A DNA stretch of 64,000 nucleotides from Hemiscyllium ocellatum (Eukaryota), in contig NC_083425.1 in the NCBI RefSeq assembly GCF_020745735.1, positions 45,557,575-45,621,574 of the forward strand, in the 5' to 3' direction. Below the pieces are notes generated by a model. It saw only the letters and a program-made list of their open reading frames with translations. It was not told the DNA's origin and did not search any database. A program made the translations under genes and the position numbers. This document shows, in pieces, positions 1-12,749 of the stretch (positions are counted from its first letter, which is position 1; every line of letters starts with the position of its first letter).

Positions 1-890
1 ATCCAGATGTCTTTTAAATGTTGTAATTGTACCAGCCACTATCATTTCCTCTGGTAGCTCATACCATACACGCACCACCCTCTGTGTGAAAACGTTGCCC
101 CTTAGATCCCTTTTAAATCTTTCCCCTCTCACCCTAAACCTATGCACTCTAGTTTTGGACTCCCCCACCCCAGGGAAAAGACCTTGTCTATTTACCCTAT
201 CCATGCCCCTCATAATTTTATAAACCTCTATAAGGTCACCCCCTCACCCTCCAATTTTCCAGGGAAAATAGCCCCAGTCTATTCAGCTTCTTCCTACAGT
301 TCAACCCTCCAATCCTGGCAACATCCTTGCAAATCTTTTCGGATCCCTTTCAGGTTTTACAACATCCTTCCAATAGCAGGGAGAACAGAATTGCATGCAG
401 TATTCCCAAAGTGGCCTAGCCAATGTCCTGCACAGTCACAATATGACCTCTCAACTCTTAACTTCATGCACTGACCAATAATGAAAAGCATATCAAATGT
501 CTTCTTCACTATCCTATCTACCTGCAACTCCACTTTCAAGGAAATATGAATCTATGCTCCAAGGTCTCTTTGTTTGGCAATACTTCCCCAGGACTTACTA
601 CTAATTGTATAAGTCCTGCCCTGATTTGCCTTTCCAAAATACAGCACTTCACTTTTATCTAAATTAAACTCCATCTGCCATTCCTTAGCCCATTGGCCCA
701 TCTAATCAAGATTCCATTGTACTCCGAAACAAAATTCTTCTCTGTCTAATACACATCCAATTTTAGTGTCATCTGAAAACTTACTGACCATAACCCCTAT
801 GTTCACATTCAAATAATTTATATAATGAAGAAAAGCAGTGGAACCAGCACCAATCCTTGTGGCACTCCACTGGTCATGGGCGTCCAATCT
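1..890 (-). mobile_element. CR1-type LINE fragment (RT 3' part)
   Basis: Minus-strand translations include SKFSDDTKIG and VELQVDRIVKKTF. Highly similar to the CR1 copies at 28862 and 61640. Confidence 0.85.
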
Positions 891-989
891 TTATTTTTTC
901 TCTTTTGTGTTTTTATTCCTCCTTTCTTTTCGGCAATGTCCTGAACTTCCTGCCTTAGCATGGAATCAAGCTCCTAGCCTTTGTGTGGA

Positions 990-1055
990 CCCAGCATGGC
1001 AATCTCTCAGCCCAGCATGGCAGTCTCTTGGTAGCCCAATGTGGTGATCTCTCAG
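990..1055. repeat. Degenerate ~21-24 bp tandem repeat (CCCAGCATGGCARTCTCT..)
   Basis: Three imperfect units are visible; translation shows PAWQSLSPAWQSLG. Confidence 0.6.
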
Positions 1056-1941
1056 TCTGGCATGGCCTCAGCATGGACTTCCAGCATTAAGGTGAAGCCC
1101 GTCATGGTCCAGAGGCTAGGTGCTGGTCTGGACTGGGTTGGAAGGACTGTTATTCTGAACTTTTATTTCTTTATTTTTCTAACTTTTGTCCTGAAGAATT
1201 GGTACTAAGAATCTGTACTTGTGTACCTAAGATGGCACTGTAAATTGTGACTTATAAACTTTTCATTGTACTCACATGAGTACATATGATAGTAAAGCTA
1301 ATTCCGAGATAAATCTCTCAAGGATCTTATCACGACACATCAATGAAATCGAGAGCTGCAGACAGAGCAAAGCAGGGAAGATGCTAAACCAAAGCTTCAC
1401 CTCCAAGCTGCAAAGTGCTAGATCCTGCATACACGTTGCCATATATTCTCCGTATAATCTTTATCGATCACATCCTCAATATCCACCAAGATTACAGCCA
1501 TAGACAATGCATTACACAGTCCTAGAGATCACAGACCTGGCAGCAATCAGACTTTTATCATCCTGCCACCTTATTCCAATCAGCTGACAAGTTACATAAT
1601 GGCTTCTAGATAATAACAGTCATTTCCTCTAGCACTGATTCATGAGTTATAGCTGTGTGTGTTGCTGAGATGCCCCTGGAGATTATTCCATTTTTCTTAC
1701 CTCTGTTAGATGTTGTACATTCAGTGTACATTGTTGGCTCGGCTGAGCCAAATCACTCAATTGCTTATCTAAGTTCTGATTTTGCTTCTTTCTGTTTGTG
1801 TCACAGTAGTAATTAATCTGCCAGAAAATTGTTCCAGATTCCTAGCATTCCTAATTCTCACATGTATAAGGAGAGTGCAAATTAAAGACCAAATGTTGCA
1901 GTGCAGAGTCCTCCAATCTTTGTTACTTCACCCAGGGTTAT

Positions 1942-2246
1942 AGATTACTTAGATTAGATTACTTACAGTGTAGAAACAGGCCCTTCGGCCCAACAAGTCC
2001 ACACCAATCCTCCGAAGCGCAACCCACCCAGACCCATTCCCCTACATTTACCCCTTCACCTAACACTACGGGCAATTTAGCATAGCCAATTCACCTAACC
2101 CGCACATTTTTGGACTGTGGGAGGAAACCGGAGACTCGGGGAGAAGGTGCAAACTTCACACAGTCAGTCACCTGAGGTGGGAATTGAACCTGGGTCTGTG
2201 GCGCTGTGAGGCAGCAGTGCTAACCACTGTGCCACCATGCAGCCCA
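1942..2246 (-). mobile_element. tRNA-derived SINE (HE1/V-SINE-like)
   Basis: Reverse complement starts GGGCTGCATGGTGGCACAGTGGTTAGCACTG (box A) ... GGTTCAATTCCC (box B) and ends in a (TCTAA)n tail. Homologous to the copies at 16328, 37375 and 53108. Confidence 0.85.
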
Positions 2247-2329
2247 CTAATCATTTATTCTTGACCTGCCCAAGTACATGCCATGTGCACTTCACTAATC
2301 AATAGGATTCAGGGGACAAACTCTCTGCT

Positions 2330-2490
2330 AGCACATAAAGATGCTTGTGGTCGTTGGTGGTCAATCATCTCAATGCCAAGACATCACTGCAGGAGTTCCT
2401 CAAGGTAGTGTCCTAGGCCCAATTGTCTTCAGTTCCTTCATCAATGATTTTCCCTCCATCATAAGATTAGAAGTGGGAACACTCACTGAC
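2330..2490 (+). mobile_element. LINE RT fragment (CR1/L2 clade)
   Basis: Encodes [20 protein letters not shown]. Confidence 0.75.
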
Positions 2491-2879
2491 TCAGACTTTA
2501 TGTGGGATTTGGAAAAGAAAACATTGGGAAATTGTTTTGGACTGGTGGGGTGATATTTCACAGCTTTAATTGTCCATTCATTGGCCTTCCAGCTGAAAGT
2601 TGAGGGTGAGCCATAAATAACCTGTTATTTTTTGGTCTGAGTGTCTGAGTCTGAATAATACAACAAGTCCACCAGATAAGTATTGACAATAGATAGACTA
2701 AGACTAAGAGTAAATAATAAAATTTTACAAAACTGCAGATGATGAAAATCTGAAATAAAAGCAGAAAATGATGTCAAAAATCTGCAGGTTTGGCAGTATC
2801 TATAGAGAGATACAGAGTTAATGTTTTGAATCAATTTTTGTTGGTTTAAATCAAGCTATAGATATGGAAGCACAAATAT

Positions 2880-4430
2880 ACTATAAGACCATTGGATGTA
2901 GAATTAGGTTACTCAACCCATTGAGTCTGCTCCACTTTTCGACCATGGTTGATATGTTTCTGTACTTCATTGTCCTACAACCCTTGACCCCCATAGAACC
3001 TATCTATCTCTGTCTTAAATACACTCAATTACTTGGCTCCACAGTCTTCTATGGCAATGAGTTCCACAGATTCACCACTCTCTGGCTGAAGAAAGTTTTC
3101 CTCCTCTCAATTCTATGGGTCATCCCTTCGTTTTGAGGCTATGCCCTCGGGTCCCAGTCTCTGTTACTAATGGAAACATCTTCTCCACATCCACTCAGTG
3201 CAGACCTCTCAGTATTCTGTGAGTTTCATTGAGATCCCTCCTCATCCTTCTAAACTCCATCAAGTACAGACCCAGAGTCTTCAACCGCTCCTCATAAGAC
3301 AAGCCCTTCATTCCTGGGATATTTCTTGTAAACTTCTTTTGGACCTTCTCGAAGGCTAACTCGACACAGGCCATTAAACTGCTGACCGTGTTCCAAATGT
3401 GGTCTGATCATAGTTTTATACAGCCTCAGCAGTACATCTCTGTTCTTGTATTCTAAACCGCTTGAAATAAATATTCATATCGCACTTGCCTTCCCAACTG
3501 CTAAATGAACGTGCATATTAACCTTAAGAGAATCCTGAATGAGGACTCCTAAGTCCCTTTTGTGCTTCAGTTTTCTGAAGTCTGTCATCATTTAGAAAAT
3601 CACCTTTATAGCTCTATTCTTCCAATCAAAGTGCATAACCTCACCCTTTCCCAAATTATATTTCAACTACCACTTCTTTTCGCACTCTCCTAGTCTGTCT
3701 GAGTCCTTCTGCAGCCTGTCTACTTCAATTCTACCTGTACACTTACCTGCCTTTGTGTCATCTGCAAGTTTAGCAACAATGCCCCCAGTTTGATTGTCCA
3801 GATCGTAAATTTATAACGTGAATAGTTGTGGGTCCAACCCTGACCCCTGTGGAACTCCATTAATACCCAACTGCCATTGTCTATCCCCACTCCCTGCCTT
3901 CTGCCAATCATCCAATCCTCTATCCATGCCAGTATCTTGCCATTAACACCATAGGCTCTTATGATATTTAGCAGCCTCCTGTGCTGCTCAATGGTCTTCT
4001 GGAAATCCATATAGATCACATCCACTGGTTCTGCTTTGTCTAACTTGCTCATTATCATCTCAAAGAGTTCTAATAGATTTATCAGAGAAGACCTTCCCCT
4101 CAATGAAGCCATGCTGACTCAGCCCTATTTTACATGTATTTCCAAATACTCAGCAATCTCACCCTTGATAATGGACTCTTAAATGTTACCAACAATCAGG
4201 TTAAGCTAACTGCCTTTAGTTTCTTGTCTTCTGCCTTCTTCCCTTCTTAAACAGGGGTATTAGATTAGCTATTTTCCAGTCCGCTAGGATCCTCCCTGAC
4301 TCCAGTGATTCCTGAAAGTTCCTCTTCAATCCTTACTTCCTTCAAGTCTCTGGGGTGAAGTCCAACGGGTGTGGGTGATTTACCCACCTTTAGATCTTCC
4401 AGCCTCTCCAGCACCTTCCCCTTAGTGATG
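2880..4430 (-). mobile_element. CR1 LINE remnant
   Basis: ORF 3720-4112 reads RGRSSLINLLELFE...VDVIYMDFQK...ILAWIEDW. Confidence 0.85.
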
Positions 4431-5028
4431 GCCAGTACAAGGATGCAGAAGTTATGCTGCAGTTATACAAAACTCTGGTTAGACCCCACTTGGAATACTG
4501 TGAGCAAATCTGGCACCACCTCTCAAGAAGGATATGTTGGTCTTGGAGACAGCACAACATTGCTTTACAAGATTGGTACCTGGATTTCAGGGGTTGAGTT
4601 ATTAGAGAAATTACACAAATCAGGCCTGTTTTCTCTAGAATTTAGAAAGTTTCTGGTTGAAATCTTCAAGATATTTACATGGAAAAAAGGACAGATGAAG
4701 GTAAACTATTTCACTGGACAAAGATTCTGGAAATAAGGAGTCTGAGAATTAAGGCTAGAGTGTTCAGGACCATTGCTTGCACTCACTTCTACACACAAAG
4801 GGCGGTAGAGGTTTAGAACTCTCTTTCACAAATGACAGTGGATGATCAATCAGTTGTTAATTTTAAATCTGAGATAGACAAAGTTTTGTTAAACAAAGAT
4901 ATTAAAATATACTATTAAAGGGGGCCAAAAAAGGCATGTGGAGTTAGGCCACACATCAGCCATGGTTTAATTGAATGTAGAATAGGCTCAAGGGGCTGAC
5001 CTGCCTATTTCTGTTCCTATGTTCCTAT
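4431..5028 (+). mobile_element. CR1 LINE 3' remnant
   Basis: CR1 C-terminal coding remnants (GLFSLEFRK) and a (TTCCTATG)n tail. Confidence 0.75.
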
Positions 5029-5479
5029 AAATTATGGTGCAATGTAACTCCTTCTGGCCAAACTCCCCAACTCCAGTATTAGCTGAAACTTCTGCATATT
5101 GCAATGACTTACACTCTTAATCCATCATCATTGTAGCATGAGTTTCCAATTAACTTATGCTAATTTGTCCTTTGGTTAAATTTCATTTTAATTCATGGAG
5201 ATGTGACTGGAAAGCCAAGCACAGTCCTCATTCTCCTTGAGAGGTAATGGCCAGCTGCCTTTTTGAATCACCCCATAAAGATACCCATTCTTGAACCCTG
5301 GAAAGTAATAGTGGCATATAAATTGACAGCTGTTCATATCTTGGTTGTTGTATGGAAAGCTAACCTGATGAAAGACTCTTCCACCAGATGATTATTTAAA
5401 AAATGATGTGGGTTTCCAATTACATTCCCCAAACCCACTCCCAAACAATTGATATGGAATATTTGGCTTTTGCAAATAT

Positions 5480-5830
5480 AGAGTCATGGAGACAGACCCT
5501 TTGGTCTAAGCAGTCCATGTCGATTATGTTCCCAAACTAAACTAGTCCCACCTGCCTGCCCTTGCGCCATATCCTTCTAAACCTTTCCTATTCATGAACC
5601 TATCGAAATATCTTTTCAATCTTGTAACTGTACCAGCATTCATAACTTCCTCTGGCAGTTCCTTCCACACACAAAACATACTATGTGTAAAAAGATTTCC
5701 TCTTATGTCCTATTTAAATCTTTTCCTTCTCTTCTTAAAAAATTGACCCCTAGTTTTGTACTCTCCCACCCTAGAGAAAAGACCCTTGTCATTCACCTTA
5801 TCTGTGTCCCTCATGATTTTATACTGATAT
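5480..5830 (-). mobile_element. CR1 3' end
   Basis: Similar to 28862-29260. Confidence 0.75.
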
Positions 5831-5989
5831 AAAAATTAGTGACATCCCTTGAGGTCATTTGTAATTCTGCAAGGACATCTTAAATGTTTATCATTTCCTG
5901 AATGCTCTTCTGAAATTTCTTCTAAACTTAGCTAATTTTAGCTGGATAAAATGTCAAGGGACAGGGGGTAAAGCAAGTAAGCATAGAAT

Positions 5990-6220
5990 TCCTACAGTAT
6001 GAATCGTAGAATCCCCTATAGTGTGGATGCAGGTGATTTAGCTGATCAAATCCACACCAAAACATTGAAGAGCATCCCAAACAGACCTACACCCTCATCT
6101 TATTCCCTGTAATCCTACATTTCCTATGACTAGTTCACGTAGCCTACATATCTCCGGACACTATGGGCAATTTAGCATGGCTAATCCACCTAACCTGCAC
6201 ATCTTTGGACTGTGGGAGGG
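5990..6220 (-). mobile_element. SINE 3' part (HE1-like)
   Basis: GGGCAATTTAGCATGGCTAATCCACCTAACCTGCACATCTTTGGACTGTGGGAGG is shared with the other SINE copies. Confidence 0.75.
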
Positions 6221-6224
6221 CAGT

Positions 6225-7730
6225 GATTAAGGACCAACAATTTGATTTATGCATGGAGGCAGGGTGCAGTCCTGAGATATCAAATGAATATTTTGCATCT
6301 GCCTCTAGCAAGGATGATGCTACATAGGACATGATGAATCATGGAGTCAGTTCAGGCATTCAAATGGCTTAAAATGTGTAAGAGGTGGCATTGGACAGGT
6401 TGTCTGTACTTGAAGTTAAGACATGGACCAGATGAAATGCATGCAACAACACTGTGTAAAGTGAGAATGGAAATTGAGTAGGCAGTGGCCATAATTTTCA
6501 TATTATTCTGAGACTCAGGGGTACCAAAGGGCTGAATAATTGCATGTATTGCATTTTTGTTCAAAAACTGATGTAAAGATAAGCCCAGCAATTATAAACC
6601 AGTTCATTTAACATTGGTCGTGACGAAGATTTTAGAAGCGATAATTCAGGGCAAAATAAATTGCCACTCGGATTACTTAAGGTTTGTTAAAGGCAAATCA
6701 ACTTTAATTCATTTGTATTAATTTTATGATGAGGCAACACAATGGTTGATAAGAATAATGCAGTTTAATGTAGTGTTCATGGATTTCCAGAAGTAGCACA
6801 CCACAGACCTGTCAGCAGAGTTCGAGCTGATGGAATAAATGGGACAGTAGCAATTGGGATTCCAAATTGGTTGCCTGAGAGTAATCACAATTAGTAGTTA
6901 ATTGATGTTTTTGAACTCAAAGACACTATATAGCAGATTTCCCCAAGGGGTTAATGTTAGGACCTATTCTTCCTCATATGTATTAATGAACTAGACCACC
7001 ACATATGGAATACAATTTCAAAATATATGGATAATACAAAGCTTGGAAACATTTTGAACAGTGAGGAGGTTATTGTAGAACTTTAAAAAATATGGATGGG
7101 AACGTGGCATGGGTGAATAACTAACAGATGAAAGTTAGTAGAGAGAATTATGAAATTACTAATTTCAATGGAAGAAGCATAGGAAAACAATATGAAATAA
7201 AGCTTGTGCACTTACAGATAGTATGGAGCAGAGAGACATGGGTTTACATTTAGGTAAGTCCTTGAAGGTGGCAGAAAGAGCAGTTAATAAAGCTTACAGT
7301 ATCCTGGGCTGCATTACTACAGGCATGTCGTATGATAAAAAAGGACATTACATTAAACCTGCATATGTCACTGGTTCAGCTTCAACTGAAGTGTTGCATT
7401 CAGCTCTGGACACACCTTTGGAAGGATGTGAAGGCTTTAGGTAGAATGCAGAAATGATTCACAAGCATTGTTCCAGCCACAAGGAAATTATGTCACATAC
7501 ACAGACAGGAAATGTTGCAACTCTTCTTTTTAGAGGAGATGGTTGAGAGGTGATTTGATAGAAGTGTTCAAAATCAAAAAGGGTCTGGACAACGAAATGT
7601 CCAGAAACAGCTTCCGTGACAGAAGGTTCAAGGACCAGATTTAAGGTAGTTGGCAAATGAAGCAGTACTGATATTTCTGTTTCACACGGCCAGTGGTTCT
7701 GGAATGTACTGTCTGGCAGCATGGTGGAGA
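6225..7730 (+). mobile_element. Old CR1 LINE remnant
   Basis: Degenerate RT motifs (ATGGATTTCCAGAA; EQRDMGL...AERAVNKAYSILGCI). Confidence 0.75.
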
Positions 7731-10680
7731 CAAGAATATAACCGTTCCCTGATTGTCATATTATTGATCAAGTATTAATTAACAGGCAATGATGCATCAA
7801 ACTAAAGAAAAAGTTTAATTTCATATTAACAAACACAGCTAAAATGTGACAAATAAGTCATTTTTATGCTACAGCATATTTCTAGCAGCTATTTAGCTTT
7901 AAAAACAGGCTTTAAAAAGACGTCATTCACAGTTCTCCATTCGGGGTTCAGTACCCACTACCATGCCTGATCAAAACTTCTAGTGTCCTTCAACAATCAT
8001 TCCATGCTGTCTGAGCTTACAGATCTGGTTATCACTAGCAAGGCACTTCTCAGTGAATCCCCACTTCTTCAAGTCATGACAATATGACAATTCACAGATT
8101 CTTGTATCAGGCCCGTTAAATGGCTCATTTGGTTGTGGTAAAATTGATGTGGAGAATTTTATTTTGTTCTCCAGCACTTCAAATAGTGCAGACACACCTG
8201 TTCATGGGAGAGTTCCAATTCACTTTTGCATGCCTCTCAACAGAAACATTTCTTAGCATTGCAAATGTTCATGAAAGAACATTCTTCAACTTGGCACATC
8301 AATGTGTTTCTCTTTGAGTTTTTCTCCATTCTTAATCACATCCCCATTGGTGCTTGAAGTCATGTGAGCACTTCTGCAAATGGAAGTTTTTGCCAGGAAT
8401 TCATCACCACTCCCTCCTCCCCAATTTTCGGAGCTATCAGTTTTACTTTAAGTTCAAAGGGAAACTTAATAACATAATCATCTCACATTAAGTATATCAA
8501 ACTTTCCTGAGTATGTTGTAGGGAAAGTAAGGATTGAAAAGGAATGAAAACTAGGTTGGATTGCTGCCTGAGGATACCAATAGTGTTTTAGTTCATTGCA
8601 TGTCTATGGATTAAAGGCATTGACTGTATCCATGTCTGAATTCCTGCAAACTATTATCTGAGGAATTTAATTTGATACGAAATAGAGAGTTCTCAGGTCA
8701 ATCTGGTGGGTTAGAGCCATGTATGAACCAAACATTTGTATTGAAAACTTAAGGTTAACAATAACAGAGCATATTGGAAAAGCTGCAGATATAAGGAACA
8801 GGACAGAAAAAAGGGAAATTAAAGTAAAGTTGGATATTGAAAACAATAATGTTTCCTGATGAAAAAGTAGGTTGAAATATCTAGCAGTTCAGTATAATTT
8901 GAGGATCGTGAGGAAATGGTAGAAGTAGATTTGAGGCTGTCAGTTTGGATGCCTTACAGTAAGATCTCCCCAGGAGATTTGATCACCAATTGTCTAGAAA
9001 GCAATGGCTAGATTTTTAATGGTGGGACATCGGAAAACAATAGCAACAGCTCGACTATAGTCAGTAATTTTAATGATAAAGAAGGCTTTGATCTGAGAGA
9101 CACATAAGTGTAGGAAATTCAAACAAAGATGAGTTTGAGTCACTGAACTCAAATCAAAATGGCTGATGTCATGTCACCAGTTCCCAATGAAAAGGTTTAG
9201 AGAGGGTAAGAGGCAGAGGGAGGGGTTCAAACAGAGCAAGTTGGGCATAAAGTGTCTGCTCTATGAGGTACAGGTATCCTTCCCAAAGACTTGGATATAA
9301 GGTGGCAGAAGAAGTGGTCAGTATTATCCTGAACATAATTCTATAAGATGGAGTTATAATGGAGTGAAGTCAAGATTTTTGTGAGGTCTGCTGAGTCAGG
9401 GTCAGAACTGAAAAATCCAAGGAAAATGTAAACATGACAAAGGGTGATTGGGAGGAAAGATAAGGACAGAGGAGAGAGAAGAGAAAAAAATGATCTAGTG
9501 GAGTGTTGGTATTGAAGACTTGTTAAAGCAATTTTGGTACTGGTGATGTAACTTAGCTCTGTGAGCCTTGTGATTTAACAAGCACTATTAACAAACTAGG
9601 TCTTGCTGTATAATGTGCTAGACTGCTCCTGAGTGCAAATAAAAAGGCAACCTTTGATCCTGCATCCATTAAGGTCGTTTCATCAATATGGAAGTTGGCA
9701 GCTGCTGATGGATATGAAGTGGGCAGAAATGAAGTTTGCAAAGTAACTAATTTAGGTCATCCTACAAAGTGATTTGAATAGTACCAAGTAAGCTTACAGC
9801 CAGCTGAAAATCTATAATATTTTTCTCACCAAAGTTAAAATGAGTGCAGACTCAAATGCCATGCTAATATTAAAAGTGTTGATGAAATCTTTGCATAATC
9901 AATTACTGCAATAGCCTTTATTAAGTGTCTCCAAGCAACTGACACAGGATTTGATTAATATCTTGATCTTCAAGTTGAAGAGACTCTCAAGGCACATTCC
10001 CATCTTTAATTACAAAGCTGGCAAAAAAATGCCATGGAGATAAAAGAGGTAATTGGATACAGTAGTGTACAGTACAGGCTGGAAGTCTGAAATAAAAGTC
10101 AACCAAATAACATCTTGTTGCAGGGAGCAAAACTTTAAAAAGATTTATATTTTTGAAAATGGCAATGCATGCCAGTCTTGATACTTTCCACCAATTGATT
10201 ATTTTTAAAAATTGGTTTGAGACATTTGGAATAAATGTGGACGGCTTTGGGAGAGACACTTTGCAACTCCAAGGATGCTAAACATTCCTTTAAACTACAC
10301 CCTATATGTTATGTGTTCTCAGTTCTCTGTCAGCACATTTAAAACAGAAACATTACAACATTATTATCCAGAGTGGTAGCCAAGATGAAGAATCAGTACC
10401 GCATGCTCACCAATGACAATCAAGGTTACTCAGTGTGTGAAACATCTTTCCACATAATGGGGTCTGTAAAAGACACACAACCTCTTGAGATATTAGAATG
10501 GACAGCGAGATTTCCACAAGTCCCTCATCAGTCAAACATAGATAACCAAATACAAAGCCTATTGGGTCCAACCACAAATGTATACTTAAGCATAAAACAT
10601 TACTGGAGCTAAAATAATACACTTTGAACTATGATAATTGAATGTTTTTGTTTTTGTGTCATAGCTACCTTCTTAAGATT

Positions 10681-11010
10681 ATAGTAATATCTTATCTAAA
10701 TAATTCCATTTAATAGCTATATAGCAACATTCCAAAGGCAGAGAACAATTCCATTCATTTTTAAAAATCAAAATCACAGTACACTGCCAAAAAAAGCGAA
10801 AGTGATAGTGTTGGCTGGCCGCTGATCGATGTAGAATTACATTGTTGAAATATTTTATAGGCCAATAGGCCAATAAAGCATTTCTAATTATATCAGATGA
10901 TATCAAAAAAATCACAGCAAACCTCCTGAGCAAAATGTTGCCAACCAATTATAAAAGATTGCCCCTCCGGCCGAACCTCCCTATAAAAGTGCAGTTCTGC
11001 CTGGTGCTGT
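10681..11010 (+). promoter_or_regulatory. Gene A proximal promoter
   Basis: TATAAAA at 10982-10988. CCAAT at 10862, 10870 and 10945. AT-rich MEF2-like elements at 10843-10860 and 10881-10893. CATTCC (MCAT/TEAD-like) at 10728. A short exon ending in a GTAAG donor follows ~30 nt after the TATA box. Confidence 0.75.
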
Positions 11011-11035
11011 CTGGGTTCCTTGCTCAATCTTCAGC
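11010..11035 (+). other. Gene A non-coding exon 1 (start approximate)
   Basis: Lies ~25-30 nt after TATA; donor AGC|GTAAGA at 11036. Sarcomeric MYH genes typically have two 5'-UTR exons. Confidence 0.65.
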
Positions 11036-11310
11036 GTAAGAATTTGCCATAAACTCAGAAATGGTGTTGAATGAGGGGAGGGCTGTTGATTTGGGTACCG
11101 ATCTGCAATACCTTCATGCCTCAAGACTTGTTCACTTACCGAACATTGTCATTTGAGAGGCCATCAGATCGGTTTATAATCGCTACTTTCCTGGCAACTC
11201 ATTCGAATTAAAACTTGAGTTCAATCCATATAACATTTTCAGTTATTTTTCTTTGTGTTTATTTTCATACCGATGTGTGCCAATAAATATTTGTGTTTTG
11301 TTTCTTACAG

Positions 11311-11350
11311 TTGCGAGCATCTTTCAGACCGTCTGCTCTTGTAAGAACAG
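11311..11350 (+). other. Gene A non-coding exon 2
   Basis: Acceptor TTGTGTTTTGTTTCTTACAG| and donor CAG|GTAAGA at 11351. Confidence 0.7.
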
Positions 11351-12749
11351 GTAAGAACAGTTTACCTGTCTAAATCAAATGGCATTGTATAGACTGTTCT
11401 GTAGCTGTTAACAGTAATTAATAGAGGAAATAACAGGTCAGCCCACAGACTTGGTTGGGACTGAAAGGTCGTACTTAGTCAGTTATCATTTATTATGGGA
11501 AACGGAGAGAACGGGTAACAATGTACGCTTATTTTCAACCAACAACAGATGACAGATATTGCCTGCCCACTGGAACGCTTGATACAGCCATCAAGATGGA
11601 TCAGATAAGCATGACAAATATAACCTTCATGATTTTCTTTTGTTTTAACAAAAACGTATATTTTCCTGCTCGCTTCCACCGTGCCCGTGTAGCTCGAGTC
11701 TTCCCGTTCGTCAGGTGTGCCGACATTCCCAACAGGATGTGAACACAGTTACATTCCAGCAAGGACCAGCTTGGTGACGTCGTCATTTACTGAGCTGGAA
11801 CACAGCGGCAGATGCAATCCGTCCGCTACAACCTGTGCTCCTTAGCATCATGGGGATGTTTTACCCTCTAGCAACACACTTCAGTTTGAACCTCATTGCT
11901 TACCAGGACGCAGATTTGCAACACAGGGCATTTCATTCAGCATTTCTTATCTACAAAACTATTTTAATCAAAATAAGTTGACTTCAGATGAATGTCTTTA
12001 CCTAACTTACTTGATTGCTGAGTTTTCTCATAATGTCCAGTGGCGACATCAGGAAACAAATTTCTTGCAATTTTGTGCAAGTTATGAATACCCCTTCAGT
12101 TTCTGTTTTGCCTTTCAACTCAATGACTAGTTCCCTAAATTTCCAAATAGCGTTTATTTAGTGGGCACTTAGACTTAAATGGATATTATAATGTATTTAA
12201 AATGCAACTGTTTGAATTCATATAACATTTTAGTATAATTGCACTTCAGGTTTATTTAAATTTTCAAGAAAAGCCTTGACATATGAAGCAAAGCGCACCT
12301 TTTCACAGGCATGTTACCAATAATGACCTGATACTGAGTCACAAAAGGAGATTTTAGGACAATTTTAGGGATGCGTTTCAATGTTTATTTGAAGGGGTGA
12401 GATGGGGGTTGGGGAAAAGATTTAAGGAGAGAATTCTAGAACCCATGGTCTGGGCAACTGAATGCATGGCTGCCAGTGATTGGACAATAGAAATAGGAAC
12501 TGTGTGCATGGCCAGATTTGGAGGATTGCAGTAAACCCCTTGGATTGTAGGATTTATTGTGTTATAGAGATGGGAAGAAGTAAGGTCTTAGAAGGATTTC
12601 AAAACATTTATGAAAATTTTAGATTGAGCTGCTGCTAGATTATAATTGTGCGTGGGGAGGTCAATAAATGATACTTGGTGTAAATTATTAAATGGCAACA
12701 GAATTGGGATTCTGTTGGGATTAGTTTTTCGAGGGTGAAATATGGCAAG

